A DNA stretch of 64,000 nt from Paraspadella gotoi (GCA_051294375.1 CM119263.1:7107645-7171644); one strand, 5' to 3'; shown: positions 12,014-27,332, counted from the first letter of the stretch. Notes: generated from the letters alone by a model not told the origin. A program made the numbers and translations.

Positions 12014-13465
12014 CCAACAAACAACAAGGCATTTCTCCATGGGTGACCTCATCATCCACAGAAATGGCGCCGTAAAGAAGAAAATAATTGGACCAGGAGC
12101 TGTTTGTTTGTTTGTTCACAAGCTGATCATAACAAAGAGTTTGTTTTGATCCGAAAAGAATGTAGATGTCACTATGGAGTCTATCGTTTAAAAGAAACGA
12201 AAAAAAGTGAAGATTAAAGTGAAAAAAGAAAAAAAAGAACAAGCAGAAGATAAAAGGGGGAGGAAGGGAGAAAAGGAAAAAAAGGAAAGGATGAGCGCGA
12301 ACTCGAAGTCTGAAAAGAATTGATAGGAAAAAGAAAAGAAAGGGGAAAAAAAAGGGGAAAAAAAAAGAAAAGAAAAAAGTAAAACGCCCTTTAAGACTCT
12401 TCTTTCGATTTCCGTCTGCCTTTGTAAATAAACAGACGCATCTGCCGCCTTTCTTCTTCTTCTTATTCTTCTTCTTCGTCGTCGTCGTTGGCGCCTTACT
12501 GCGACGCCAACTGTTGCCTCGCTGCTGGATCGGCGAGCGCCGCGGTCGCTGACATCAGAACAAATCCGATTTCAACCTGTTTAGATATTAATACAAACTG
12601 GAAATCCGAGTTTTAAAACGTTAAACTTGAAAAGGTTTTCTTCTTTTTTTCTTTTTTCTATTTTTTTTTTTTTTTTTGAAAAAGGTGGGAGACAAGAAAG
12701 AGAGAGAAAGGAGATCTATTAAACGAGGGAGGGAAAGTAAAAAGAAAATGAAAGAAGGAATGAGAATGAATAAAGGCGGGAAGGAAAAAGAAAATAGACA
12801 ACGAAAAAAAAAGGATGAAAAAGGGAAACAAAGATTTAATGATCACGTCTTTAATGATCTCAGAAAAAAAAAAAAGAGAAATAAGACGAGAAAAGAAAGG
12901 GAGGAACTAGAAGTGGGAAAAAAAAGACTGAGAACAAACGAATAAGGAAGAAAAAAGGAAAAAAAAGGAATGAAAGTAAAATGTAATGAATAAAATCAAA
13001 TTAGGAAATTTATACAATATACAAATGTACAATATACAATGTAAATTGCCACAAACATTTCTTAGGTGAAAGCAAAAACGGAAAAGTACAGATAACATGA
13101 AAGCAACTTAAAAAAAAGTAACAACCGTCGAGTAAAAGGTTTAGGGCGGAAAAAAGACGAATAGAAACGACGACGACGACGACGACGACGACGTCTTGAG
13201 AAGATTACGACGATGACGACGACGACGACGAACGACGGTGATGATGGCGACGACAATTACGGAAATGGAAAAGTGAAAGAAAGAGGAAATGAGAGCGAAG
13301 AAACAAAAGAAAAGAGGAAAAGTCGAAAGCTTGAAATAAAAGATTCTTAAGCAGCTTTGGAAAAAAAAAGGAAGAGAGAGAGAGAATCAGGGGGGAAACA
13401 GAGATTAAAAAAAACAAAAAAAAGTAAAAAAAAGAGAGAGTGAGAGTGAGAGAAAGAAGAGAGAC

Positions 13466-13551
<86 letters not shown>

Positions 13552-14049
13552 AGAGAGAGAAAGAGAGCAAAAAAAAGGAAATGGCGTTGCGCGCCTTGAA
13601 GCGTGGCGCCGTCGCAAGGAGGCGGGACTAAAAGGTCAGCCTCTCGGGATTTGATGAAGCGGTTAACAATCGTCTTGTCGCATCTTATGCGATCGCATTA
13701 ACGACGCCGAATGCGAGCAAATCTCTTTACGATTTTATGTGCGCGTTAAGTGTTTATCGAGCTGTAGGTGCACGCAAATGTGCACGTCGATAAGAATCCA
13801 CCCGAAATTTTTACTCCTTTTTTCAAAAAATCCGTTCATCTTTTCAAGATATAGGGAATTTGTGTTCTAATGTATACTTAAGAAATTTTTTAAATATATT
13901 TACCTCGGTAATGGAAAGATACCGTTTTTGATACCAGTTGGTTATCAGTGACTTTTAACAAACGCGTCATATCTCTTCATTAATCTAATCTTTAGATCCA
14001 ACTTGGAATTAGCTAAAGTTCTCTAAAACCGCTTTGACTCTCAGTACAA

Positions 14050-15379
14050 ATGTCGACCAAAACTAAGTTTTAACTTTTCTCGGCAAGCGCTGTCTCGTCA
14101 CCGGCGCCGGAAAAGGAATCGGCCGAGGATGCGTCCAAGCGCTCGTCGCGCCGGCGCCAACGTCTTCGCCCTCTCGCGGACCCAAGAGGATTTGGATTCG
14201 TTGGAAGGATGAAATGGCACAAGAGGGCAAGAAGCACATGGTAAAGTTCAATGGCATCGACCTGCAGTTAGTTCTATAGTCTATAATAATCGTACAGGTT
14301 CCATATCATTAAAACAATTTAAATTTTTAAATATTTATCCAGTAAAAATACATCTTTCAATTATACTTAAATGTTTTAAAGAATCTATTTGTAAATTTTA
14401 TTCTGATAATGGAATCTGAGTATTTGGTCAGATAACAACAATGACCGTGGATGTTTCTAATTGGAACTACGCACGGGAAGCTGTGGAGAAATGCTTCCAG
14501 TAGATCTGCTTGTCAACAACGCGGGCATTTCCGAGGTCCGCTCTATTTTAGAAGATACTAATCAAACATCGACCTTTCTTGGACACTAATTTTAAATCCA
14601 TGATGAACGTGACACAGGTAAGTCGTGTTTTTTTTTGTTTTTTTTTGGTTGTACCGAATTCTTATAAGTATGTTAAAAACATTTTTTATAAAGTATTAGT
14701 ACTTCTCAATGGCTTTTGGTATTTTAACCGAAACAAAACTTGCTTTGTTTATTAATGGTGCATAACTTTTATTTCAAGAAATAAAAGAATATTGAATGGC
14801 TACAATGATCAGGTTCGTCGTCGATCGAATGGTGAAAGACAACATTGCGGGAAGCGTCGTGAACTTGTCTAGTTTGGCCGCTTTGCGGCGGATACCCTTC
14901 GGTGACTACTGCTGTACCAAGGGAGCTATGGACGCCGCTACGAGATCTTGGCTTTGGAATTAGGTTATAGAATTTATAAAAATTTTCATAAAATATGAAA
15001 ATAAATAAAAAAAAATTAAAATTAAAATCTATGGGCAAAGCAAAGATTGATCCCTAAGAAGAATAAGATAAAGAAATATTTTAACTATTTCTCCTATAAA
15101 ATAACACGATAATTCTTTCGTTAATCGATTTTTTTTTTCCTCCAGGCCCCAAAGGAATCCCGGGTGAACTCTGTCAACCCGACGTATTCCATCACTCGCA
15201 TGACAGAATTCCTTCGGATGGACCCGAGTGGACATCGGCGGCCTTGTCGAGGATCCCCTTAAGGAGATTTCCCCGAGGTCGAAGACATCGTGGACCCCGT
15301 CCTCTTCCTCCTCAGCGACGGATCCAAGGATGATCACTGGTTCCTCGATCCTCGTCGACGGCGGCACGCCATCTCCTGA
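14050..15379 (+). pseudogene. DCXR: Second, frameshifted DCXR-like copy (exons ~14050-14240, 14432-14617, 14813-14963, 15146-15379); likely uncorrected duplicate rather than a true pseudogene
   Basis: Near-identical to 8295-9625 with the GT/AG splice dinucleotides kept, but many 1-bp indels in every exon, mostly in homopolymers (e.g. ACCAAAACT vs ACCAAACT). Confidence 0.8.
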
Positions 15380-17145
15380 CAAGGAAAAGGCCTTCACAGC
15401 TTAACTATTGGTAACATTTGTGGGCAAAGTCCAGCTTAGTGAAATACATTTGACTAAACTATTGATTAAACTATTTTCTATTACATGTACTTACAAATGC
15501 CCTTAGAAAGGAACGAAATAAATGTAACATGTTGCTTAAATTTTTATTAAATGAGTTTTTTTAAGTCGCTGAAAAGAAATTGAGAATTCGTTCTTTGAAT
15601 TACGATGACGAATGCCTGAAGTATTAAAACCTTAAATCTATCTCAATTCAGCTCAATGGTATTTGTTGTCATCAACGTCTCAGATAATCAAATCAACTGT
15701 GTTAACAAAGATTCTATTCCATCTGAACCAACTGAGATCGATGCTGTGGAAATCGTTAAGCTGAGATTTTTTTTTTTTCGCGGCGAAAAATCGGGAGGAG
15801 AAATTCTTTCGTGCGAATCTGTGACTCTACAGAGTCTACATGCGTCTCTTTTTGACAAGTCGTAAAACGAAGTTGAAGGCAAGTTTGAAGAAAGCACCCA
15901 AAATGAGGATAGAAAGATAGAGAGAAAGAAATAAAAATGAAAAAAAGAAAGATCAGAAAAAGAAATAGAAAGAAAAAAAGAAAGAAAGAAAGTAGAAGAA
16001 AGAAAAATGATAGAAAGAATGAAAAGAAAATAGAAAGAATGAAAGAAAATAGAAACAAAGAAAATAGAAACAAAAGAAATAAAAATAAAAATGATAGAAG
16101 AAGAAAAAAGAAAGAAAGAAAGAATGAAAGAAAGACAGTAAGAAAGAAATAAGAGAAAAAGAAATAAAGCGGATTTAAAAAAAATGCAAAGCAAGAGAAA
16201 AAAGCGTTCACGGTTGAGAAAGCTCAGAGGTTCTCGACTCTTAACGAATAAGAAACGACGATGGACGCTTTGGGTGACGACGACGACGGCGACGACGACG
16301 ACGAATGGGAACACGAAAAGTAAGTTGTGAAACCCTGTTTATTACAACGAAAAAAAAAAGATTATTAAATCTGGAAAGTTAGCTAACGGAAATAAACATG
16401 GCGAACGCGTCAAAGACGCTGTTGATGACGACGACAAAGACGTCTACGACGACGACGCTGATGACGACGACGACGGACGAATTACGACGTCAAACACCCT
16501 TCACACTGCACGTTTCTTCTTTCGCCAACAAGCGCAATTAAGACGCAACGGAAAACTTGCGTCGAATTATCGACGCAAAGCGTAAACAGAAAACAAACAG
16601 CAACGACAAAATGCTCGATCGGGGCTCGTATGTAGTATGATAGAGACGGAAATAGAATAGAGGATGTATGATATAAAGCGGAAAGGATTTAAGAGGTTGA
16701 TAACAACATCTTTCCGTCCTCCCTTGTACTCTCTTCAGTGAATGACGAAAACGAGGCTAGGAAGAGGAGGAAGAGGAGGAAAGGAAGAGGAAGAGAGCGA
16801 TGGAACAAAACCTCGGATCGTAAAAGAACGAAACAATTGGTACAAGCTTGACCCGGGTCAAGTCGACATGAGAAACATGACTTTTTTCGAGATCTCCCTC
16901 GCAATATGCTAGAAAATGGTTAGACGATTTTGGAAAGGAACTTCTGTGACGTAAAAAAAGAAAAAAAAAGGGCCAAAAAAAAGAAATGAGACGAGGACGA
17001 AAAAAAAATAAATGATTTTTCACCACAGATTCACAGTCGATCGACAAATTGTAGAAAGTTGATCAGTGACAAAAAGTCAATCGAGACTTTAATCTGTCTC
17101 GGTTTTTCCTTCCAAAGACTCAATCTTGATATCGTTCTTTCGACG

Positions 17146-17254
<109 letters not shown>

Positions 17255-17820
17255 GTGTCCCTCGTCTCACGCTCTTGGTGAGTTTCCAAATTAATGAGTC
17301 CCTTCGACAACTAGATGACGATAGAGTAGACATCGCAACTGACGTCGCTTATGACATCGCAACTGATAACGAAAGCGACAACGCGACCGCCGACGAAACT
17401 GACATTGCCACTGACGATAAAAGCAAAACAACGACGACGACGACGATGACGATCGTAACTGTTGCTAAGACAACAGGAATACAATTACGAAAAAAAATCG
17501 CAAAGAAAAAAAGAAAGAGGTTTTTTTTTTTTTTGTTTCCAGGGAAGAAACGATCTGGCAGACGTTGAATGTCGTTACAAGAATGACAGAGCTTGAAACT
17601 ATTTATCATAACTTGTCGCCGAGAAAAAACCTGGTTCTTCCTCTCATTTCTTTTTTTCCTTTTTTTTCTTTTTTAATTTTTTTTTTATCTTTTCTCTCTT
17701 CTCGATTCTCTGGCAGCTTTTTACCTCTTCAACTTTTTTTTCTTTGAGTGAATTTCTAAAAAAAAAAAGAATTCTTCGCAGAAAAAGAATTGTCGGTGTA
17801 AAGAGAGAGATTGAAGAGAG

Positions 17821-17944
<124 letters not shown>

Positions 17945-18676
17945 TGCCAACAAACAACAAGGCATTTCTCCATGGGTGCCTCATCATCCACAGAAATGGC
18001 GCCGTAAAGAAGAAAATAATTGGACAGGAGCTGTTTGTTTGTTTGTTCACAAGCTGATCATAACAAAGAGTTTGTTTTGATCCGAAAAGAATGTAGATGT
18101 CACTATGGAGTCTATCGTTTAAAAGAACGAAAAAAAGTGAAGATTAAAGTTGAAAAAAGAAAAAAAGAACAAGCAGAAGATAAAAGGGGGAGGAAGGGAG
18201 AAAAGGAAAAAAAGGAAAGGATGAGCGCGAACTCGAAGTCTGAAAAGAATTGATAGGAAAAAAGAAAGAAGGGGAAAAAAAGGGGAAAAAAAAGAAAAGA
18301 AAAAAAAAGTAAAACGACACCTTTAAGGGAGCTCTTCTTTCGATTTCCGTCTGCCTTTGTAAAAATATCAACAGACTCGCATTCTCGCCGCTTTCTTCCT
18401 TCTTCTTTATTCTCTCTCTTCTTTCGTCGTCGTCCGTTGGGCGCCTTACTGCGACGCGCAACTGTTGCCTCGCTGCTGGATCCGGCGAGCGGCCGCGGTC
18501 GCTGAATTGCGGCGGGCCGGACGCTGGCGGCGAGCGGCGGTAGCGGATCGGTGCTCATCAATTCTTTCGATTTTGGTAAAAGAAATTTTGGCAAAAACGG
18601 TAAATAAGATTATTTCACCAACCGCGAAATTAAAAAGAAACAAAAAAAAACTCCGGTTTGTTGCATCATCCAGATT

Positions 18677-18721
<45 letters not shown>

Positions 18722-18924
18722 AGCAGAGAGGAGAGACCGCAGGGCAGACAGGCACTGCCAATTTGTGACTCTTCTTTGATTCTAGGGTAAAGAAATAGGC
18801 GATGGGTAACTGCAAGCTGCAGACGTTTTAAGGGGAGAGAAAATAAAAAGAAAATGAGGACATTGAAATAAGGCAGGGGATGGGGCTGGGATGGGGCTGG
18901 GAATGCGGCAGGGGATGGGGCTGG

Positions 18925-18949
18925 NNNNNNNNNNNNNNNNNNNNNNNNN
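18925..18949. other. 25-N gap with duplicated flanks (18950-~19400 re-reads 18506-~18900)
   Basis: ATTGCG..GGACGCT..GGCGGCGAGCGGCGGT..ATCGGTGCT occurs on both sides. A second 25-N gap lies at 56305-56329. 25 Ns is the PBJelly convention for overfilled gaps. Confidence 0.8.
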
Positions 18950-19195
18950 TATTGCGCGGGCCAAACGGACGCTCTCGGCGGCGAGCGGCGGTCGCATCGG
19001 TGCTTCATCAAATTCCTTTCGCATTTTGGTAAAAAGAAATTTTGGCAAAAAAGAAGGTAAATAAATATAATTTCAATCACGCTTAAAATTAAAAAAAACA
19101 AAAAAACAAACTCCGGTTTGTTGCATCATCAGGAAATTGACAGAGAGAGAGAGAGAGAGAGAGAAAAAAAGAGAGAGAGAGAGGAAGAGGGAGAG

Positions 19196-19227
<32 letters not shown>

Positions 19228-19399
19228 CGAGAGAGAGCATGCACAAATTTGTGCTCTCTTTGGATTTAGGTAAAGCAAATGAGCGGCCGAGTGGTGAACT
19301 GAACGGAATGCTGACGGTTTAGGGGAAGGGAGACATTGAGAGATAGGTTGCAGTGGGGTTGGGACACAGGATGTGGAGCTTAAGGAATGGCGGGCTGGA

Positions 19400-22300
19400 T
19401 TGTGTGTGCTCTCGGAGGATGGTGTTTGTCTGTGTGATTTCGTGCTCAGGGGATGCGGGCGCCGCAGGGATGGTTGCACGATTGGCATGAAGTTCGAGGC
19501 TGGACAACAATTGTTTTCCAAAAGTTCCGAGAGGCCAGAACAAGAATGCTGGAATACACGGATCGTGAAAGGGAGTCTTTGCCGTCCGAGACGATTCGAA
19601 TCTTCGTCTTTGCACGATTAATATAAACAGTTTTGTCCTCAGGGAAAGGCGTGGCAATGGGCATGGACAATGACGTGCAATGGCCCTATCCACCTCCAAC
19701 TTCCCATAAGGAATCTTTTTTATGGTGCCATTCAATTTACACCCTTATCATATTTCTATCGCTGGACGTGTTTGATAATTCCCTCCATCCTTAATTCTCC
19801 ATCCAGTATTCTCCATAGTTTTTACTTGTTTTCTTTGCCCCCGACGACGCGCCCCATGTAACGTCGGCGTCCGTCGCATTCGTCTCAGACTCGGTATTAA
19901 AATTGAAAATGAGATTGATTGTAAATGAAACTCGCATCGTCGCTTCCCTTTCGCTCAATTTAATTCGCCGACTCGCAGAAATTTCCTCGTTGCCTTTCAA
20001 ATGACGCAATCGAAAATGTCTCTTTTTCTCTCTCATTTCGCGAGCTTTTGTTTAAAAAGGCGAACCAAACAACATAAATTTTCTAGAAAATAACAACAAA
20101 TAATTGTCGGTCAAAACCCAGAGTGGTTATATTTTTTTTCTCGACGCCACCGCACCAGGTGGGTCTCATCATTATTTTATGTTCTCGGTGACGCGTTCCG
20201 CATCTGCAATATTTACCATGCCATTGCGAAGGAATTCACCCCCATACCAGTTATTATCCACACTCTTCCATAACCCATCCCAATTTCAACATCACATTAA
20301 TCCCAACGGCCTCAATATCTTTATTCGCGAAAATCCGCAGCTTTACCCGTCATCACTTATCCGCAAAAGCCATTCCGCGATTCTCTCCCTCTCTCAGCTC
20401 TCTCACTTTTCCTGTTTCTAGTTTTTAATAAATTTTCTTTGCGATTTTTTCTTTTCCCCTCCATAATTTCTGCGGGAAATCCTTCCGACGTTTCTACACC
20501 GACGGCGCAATCTACATCAAGCTCACCTCGTTTGATTTAAATTCACTAACAATGACAGAAACCCTTGAGAAATTCTCGCGCAGCGTCCAAAAAAATATAC
20601 TGAGTCAAACACATGAAATATATCGTTATTCCAACCACTGCCGGTATTTTTTTTTTTACTATTTTTTTATAATCGAACGAAACGTACAGAGGAGAACATA
20701 TTCTGTAATAATTGATTGCGCAAAATATCAGATTCGAGGTAAATAATGATTGAGAGAGTAATTGATGAGTAGATGTTATTTCTGACTGAAAAGAGAGATC
20801 TGTCATTGATGTAAGCATGATTATATCACCACAAAATGAGTAGAGAGATGCGTAGAGAGATGATGAGAGAAGAGAGATTAATATCTGTCATTGTATATAT
20901 ACAGTAATAGGCGAGGCTAGGTTTTTTTTTTTAGTTTTCTGTTTTCTTGTGTTGTTATTGTTCGGGTGAGGTCGACGCGTATGCATTGACGCGCAAATGT
21001 TATGATATGAAATTATATTTGTGTATATCCATCTCGGAACGAAATATCTCATCATTTCGAATGAGAAACGGGACGATTAACCACAAATGAACGAAGACCT
21101 TAGACCAAACAAGAGAATGGAAATCGACGAAAAACGACAGAAATGAGAGATATGAAAAAAGACAAAAAATGCGAAAATGCCATTAGAAAAGCAATGACAG
21201 TTTGACCGATTAGAAAAAGATGGGATAGAAAAAGAAACCAGGATTTATTATTTTGTTATATTTAAAAAAACGGAAAAAAAGGAAAATTACAGAAAAAGGA
21301 AGGTGACCAGAAAAAATTGTTCAGATGAGAAGAAAAAAACAAACTCGAACGCGAGACACCTATATAGGAATATAATGTGTAAAAGAAAAACTTTTCTAAA
21401 AAAAACCAAAGATACACACCGATTTTTATTTTGAAATTCAAACGAGTTGTATCAAACGCAAAGAGGGAAACCACGTCAATTTCCTTTTTTTTTCCCCTTT
21501 CCTATATATATTCCGTATATTATAAAGTAAATTTTATTTATAACACCTAAGTCTTCTTTCTTTATTAATCTTGAACGTTGAGGTACAGTTTATCTTTATA
21601 CTAATATTTCGTAAACTGCTTTTATAGTAATTTCTATATTATAATAATTATTTTAAATTCAACCTAACTAGACAGAAAAATACTTTCGAAAAGAGTAAGG
21701 GATAAATATTATCGGAGAGTATGCGGAATCCGTATTTCACCAATATTCTTGTGATAACACGTAATCTATTATTTTGAGCTCGAGAGAGAAATTTTATCCG
21801 TTCGTTCCGGAATTCCCTTCTGAACCTCTTTTCTTTTCCCTCCCATCTTTTTTTTTTCTTCAAAACAAAAAAACGAGTCTTTGCTTTCCCTGTCTTTTAA
21901 CACACGGGAACACACAAATCTAACCGGGGAAACAACAGATCGGTTAACCAACTTTCTCGCGCCGAAAATAAGACAGAAACAAAACAGGGAGCGTTGACGG
22001 CGGCGGCGGCGGCTGCAAAGTCATCTTGCCTAACCCGCGCGAACTCCCTTTTTCTTTCTTTCTTGCTTTCTTCTTCTTTTCTTTGTGTCAGCTGCGGGTG
22101 CTTGTCTTTCTTTCTGTGGGCGGGTACAGTTGCAATTCTTTTCTTGTACTAAAAATATCTCTTCTTCTCGATATATCTCTCGTTATGAAGCTTTTCGTAA
22201 TGCGTAATTGCAAGCTGTTCCTTTAGCTTATGGCCTTGCTTTTTTTCTTTTTCTTGTTCTTTCCGTTTTTCTTTTACTTTCGGTTTCGATAATAGATATT

Positions 22301-25300
22301 TTCAATGTTTTTCCGATTCTTTTTTCTTTTTTTTCTTCGATTCTTATAATTCCAACTGGCTTTTCTTCTTCTCTTTAGTTTAATTTCAATTTAATTTTCT
22401 GACCTGAACTAAGCAACATTTTTTGCGCTATTGGCAAATATCCTCTTTTTTTTTCTCTTTTTCAAAAAAATGATAGATATTCATTGCAAAACAAGTTAAA
22501 AAATTTAAACTGCTCGAATTCCTCGATCACAAAACCCAATCGTTATAATTTCTCCTCTATGTCTCGATCAATTTCTCCTTCTCCTCTTCTTCCGCATCTC
22601 GGAGCCTTTCGGCGGTCCTCTTTTTTTTTCTTGCGATCCCCGACATAAAAGATTTTTTCTCTCGACCTCTAAAATATATTTATCTCTACTTGAAAGAAAG
22701 CATATTAAACATCCATATTATGGTTACCCGAAGTGAACGAACGAACTCACTTCTCGTTTCTTATGCTTAATCTCCATGCTAGTTTCCTCTCATCGGCTAA
22801 ATCGTCCTCTTAAATTTATGTACTTTTCAATCTGGCTCGCCCTGAGAGGGTAAAAACTCAAAGACTGTATCTCAACACTCCCGCCGAGGGTTTAATCAAA
22901 GAGAGAGAGAGAGAGAGAGAAGAGATGACCTTCTCTTTCGCAGATCGGAGAGAATCGACGATCGCAGCTCCATCCCCTCTCTGATTCAGGATTGTAGATA
23001 TGGTCTTCACATAAGAACTCTACTTAATAATCGTACTTCCATGACCTACTTTGATACCTCCACATTTACCCTTTCTTGTCAAACGAAACGTCATGTTCTC
23101 TTTCTTTCACTCACACGACCTTTTTTTATACTCCAAACCCCGATTCTCCTTATCCCCTTTCAATCCCTTTTCTTTCTACCTCGGGACCCCGTCTTTCCAG
23201 ATCCAACCTGCTTATCTTGTTATCCACTCAGCGCAGATCTTCTCGTATTGTATGCCAACTCTCAAATGACCCTATTTTCTTTCACCGAAAACACCTTTCT
23301 CTTTCTAAGAACACACACTCCAAATTTTTGAGTTACCGAGATCTGATATCGACGCGACCCGAACACTCAGAAAAAGAGATCACGAGAGGAGGGCAGAGGT
23401 GCCGATGAACGAGCAGCCGCACAATATTTGTGGCCACCGATGAAAGACTCCGCAAATGGAGGAACCCCGCCATTGGAGATATCAGAACAGAGAAAGTGTC
23501 GAAAAGTCTAAGCAAGTCAGGCGACGGACCACCCGTGCCACATAACACAAAAGGGCCGCCTACTACACCGCCCAATTAATGCTCACAGATATGTACGCCT
23601 GGACTTCTTAAGAACGAAGGAGCGCCGGCCCACACCACTCGTCTTTTAGACGTCAAAATTGTAGCCCGGGACCTGTTTTTTTTTATTTGGAAGGAGGTTT
23701 TACGTTTATGGAGATAAACTTTTTGCTAAATAATTAGCATTTGGCTGAGGATGTGGCTGGAGTTCTGGGCTTCGACTCAAAGTTCTGGGCAGAGATCAAG
23801 ACAATGGTCTTTGCCGTCCATGACGATTTCGATTTCGTTTAATTTTGTTCCACGGAAAGGCGTGTTATGGCATGGCATGACATGACGTGGCATGGCCTTT
23901 CATCTCACGACTTCCCATATCTTTTTATGCCATTCCAAGTTACCTTATCATATTCTATCCTGGACTGTTTGATATTCTCCATCTTATTCCATACAAATAT
24001 CCTATAGGTTTTATTGTTTTCTTGCCCCACACCGTCTCTTCATTTTATGTCTCGTCCGTCCTCTGCAATTTACCATGCCATTCCCACGCCTCTTCCAATG
24101 AACCCATCCTATTTCATCCCATGCCTCATATTCTTATCCCGTTATCCGTCATTTCATGCAATTCCGTTTCGATCTCGTCCTGTTTTTCTTTTTGTTTTTA
24201 ATTCTTTGTTTTGATTTTTTTTCCCCATCATTTCTGGCGGGAAATCCTTCCGACGTTAACGACGGCGCCATCTACAACAATAACTTGATTTTATCTTCGA
24301 ATTTCTGCGTCAAAATTGGATTCGTTTTCCCGGTCTTTTTTTTTTTTTTTTTTTATAATCGACGTCGACGTTTTTATTTCCTTAATTATCTCATTTTCTT
24401 TCTGCTTCTGTCCATTTTATTACTATTTATCACCACTAATTATTCTTCATTTAAATTTTTTCGTCGTGTTTTTTTTTGTTTTTTTTTGCGGTGAGGCGCG
24501 TCATCCAAGTTATGGTTGATTTTTTTTTTCTTCTCAAATCTCTTTTGAAGTAGAAAACGGCGCCAAAACGACGACGACGACGACGACGACGACGAAAAAG
24601 AAGAAAATGACAAATCGACCGCATTAACGTTACCCAGATTTTTTTTTAAAAACGAAATACGCGATTTTTAGAGGAAGAAAAACGCGCCATGAATTTTGAA
24701 AAAAAATTTTAAAAACCTCCAGATTTTTTTTTCGTTTTCAACCTCATTTTCTTTTTTTCCCTTTTCCATTATTTTTTCCGTTTAATAATTTTCTACTCTT
24801 TTTTTATACTGTAGTTTATTTTTTATACTATAGTTTTCTTAGTTTTTTATTTATATATTATAATACTTAAGGAATATTTACCCAATATTATTATTATTAT
24901 TAGTAATATTATTATTAGCATCATATTTCCTAAAAGATCTTTATTTTCTCATTTTCTCCATTTCCTCTTATCTCTTTTCTTTTTCCTCCCTTTTTTTCAC
25001 ATCTGTTTCCTTTTACCGGCACCAGATGCAAAATCGGTCCAGGGCGAGAAATAAGCAGAAACGGGAGCGTTGACGGCGGCGGCGGCGGCTGCAGCGGCGA
25101 CTGCAGCGGGGGCGTAAGCAATTTGGAAAAAACTCCCGAAACGAGAAGGATGAGCGATGAATTTCCTCTTTCATCTTTTTTTTTGTTTTCGTTCTTTCGT
25201 TCGAAAAGAAATAATGTTTCCTTTTTTCACTCCATCTCCTCTTTATTTTTTTCTCTTTTAATATTNNNNNNNNNNNNNNNNNNNNNNNNNNNNNNNNNNN

Positions 25301-25990
25301 NNNNNNNNNNNNNNNNNNNNNNNNNNNNNNNNNNNNNNNNNNNNNNNNNNNNNNNNNNNNNNNNNNNNNNNNNNNNNNNNNNNNNNNNNNNNNNNNNNNN
25401 NNNNNNNNNNNNNNNNNNNNNNNNNNNNNNNNNNNNNNNNNNNNNNNNNNNNNNNNNNNNNNNNNNNNNNNNNNNNNNNNNNNNNNNNNNNNNNNNNNNN
25501 NNNNNNNNNNNNNNNNNNNNNNNNCACTCATTTCTCTTTCTTTCCACTCACAACCCCTTTTTCTTTATACTCTCAACCCCTTTCTCTTTCCCCTTTCATC
25601 CCTTTTTCTTTCTACTCTCGACCCGTTTCTCATTCTACTCTCAACCCCTTTCTCTTTCCACTCTCATCCCTTTTTCTTTCAACCCTAAACCCCTTTCTCT
25701 TTCTAACACACTCCAATTTTTTTTCCTCTTTCCCTTCCCCACTTCAAGAATCACGCGTCCAATACGAGCGCCCAATTTGCACCGGAGGCTCCGCAATGGA
25801 GACCCCGTTGGCATCGCGATTCAGGGCCACGCCCACGCCACCGCCCGCCCCTCACCGCCCCCATTATGCGTGCGATAGTACGTGACTTTACGAGGAGGCG
25901 CCGCCCCCCTTTTATGACGTCATAATTTGTAGCCGACGTGTTTTTTTTTATTTGGAGGAGGTTTTACGGTTTATGGAGACTTTTTTATAT
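19400..25990 (+). repeat. Noisy, insertion-inflated copy (~19400-23730) of the following segment (~23740-25990); probable raw-read artefact
   Basis: Anchors in the same order: GTCTTTGCCGTCC (~19575/23807), GCGGGAAATCCTTCCGACG (20472/24237), GGGAGCGTTGACGGCGGCGGC (21987/25063), TTTATTTGGA..GGAGGTTTTACG (~23682/25947). Confidence 0.85.
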
Positions 25991-27231
25991 TTATGTCCGC
26001 ATCTTTTGTAGCGGAAGTGCTGAGGAAAGGAAAGGGAAAGAGGNNNNNNNNNNNNNNNNNNNNNNNNNNNNNNNNNNNNNNNNNNNNNNNNNNNNNNNNN
26101 NNNNNNNNNNNNNNNNNNNNNNNNNNNNNNNNNNNNNNNNNNNNNNNNNNNNNNNNNNNNNNNNNNNNNNNNNNNNNNNNNNNNNNNNNNNNNNNNNNNN
26201 NNNNNNNNNNNNNNNNNNNNNNNNNNNNNNNNNNNNNNNNNNNNNNNNNNNNNNNNNNNNNNNNNNNNNNNNNNNNNNNNNNNNNNNNNNNNNNNNNNNN
26301 NNNNNNNNNNNNNNNNNNNNNNNNNNNNNNNNCTGATTGTTCACTGTTCAACGGCAAAATCTCAATCCTTTGGCATCCGCTTCCTGCCAAATTTCGGCTT
26401 AATATTCCAACGTAACGATTAAAGCCCTAATTCTGCAGCCGCCACTGTCCCCATTTNNNNNNNNNNNNNNNNNNNNNNNNNNNNNNNNNNNNNNNNNNNN
26501 NNNNNNNNNNNNNNNNNNNNNNNNNNNNNNNNNNNNNNNNNNNNNNNNNNNNNNNNNNNNNNNNNNNNNNNNNNNNNNNNNNNNNNNNNNNNNNNNNNNN
26601 NNNNNNNNNNNNNNNNNNNNNNNNNNNNNNNNNNNNNNNNNNNNNNNNNNNNNNNNNNNNNNNNNNNNNNNNNNNNNNNNNNNNNNNNNNNNNNNNNNNN
26701 NNNNNNNNNNNNNNNNNNNNNNNNNNNNNNNNNNNNNNNNNNNNNNNNNNNNNNNNNNNNNNNNNNNNNNNNNNNNNNNNNNNNNNNNNNNNNNNNNNNN
26801 NNNNNNNNNNNNNNNNNNNNNNNNNNNNNNNNNNNNNNNNNNNNNNNNNNNNNNNNNNNNNNNNNNNNNNNNNNNNNNNNNNNNNNNNNNNNNNNNNNNN
26901 NNNNNNNNNNNNNNNNNNNNNNNNNNNNNNNNNNNNNNNNNNNNNNNNNNNNNNNNNNNNNNNNNNNNNNNNNNNNNNNNNNNNNNNNNNNNNNNNNNNN
27001 NNNNNNNNNNNNNNNNNNNNNNNNNNNNNNNNNNNNNNNNNNNNNNNNNNNNNNNNNNNNNGGGGTTAATTATAGAGTGATATGACGTCAGGAAGTTGGG
27101 GTTGTAGAATATAATAATAATAATAATATCATTAATCGTTCGAGAGAAGACGGGGAAGAAAGGAATGCGACGACGAAACGAAGAATTTTCAAATAAGGAC
27201 GAATTATATGTTATAATATATTAATATATAA

Positions 27232-27332
27232 TATGAAATTGGTACAACCAATGTAAAAATTATCCATTCATTTAATAATTAAGCTATCTTGCCCCTGACT
27301 TTGGACAGGCTTTGGTGGTTTAAGGCCTCCAT
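27232..27332 (-). mobile_element. Dispersed ~100-bp repeat, family B copy 1, with twister-like core
   Basis: Nearly identical to 44709-44803 (+) and similar to 32130-32240 (-). Minus strand reads A-UGG-AGGCCU-UAA-ACC-AC-CAAAG-CCUG-UCCAAAGU-CAGG-GGCAAG. Confidence 0.8.
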
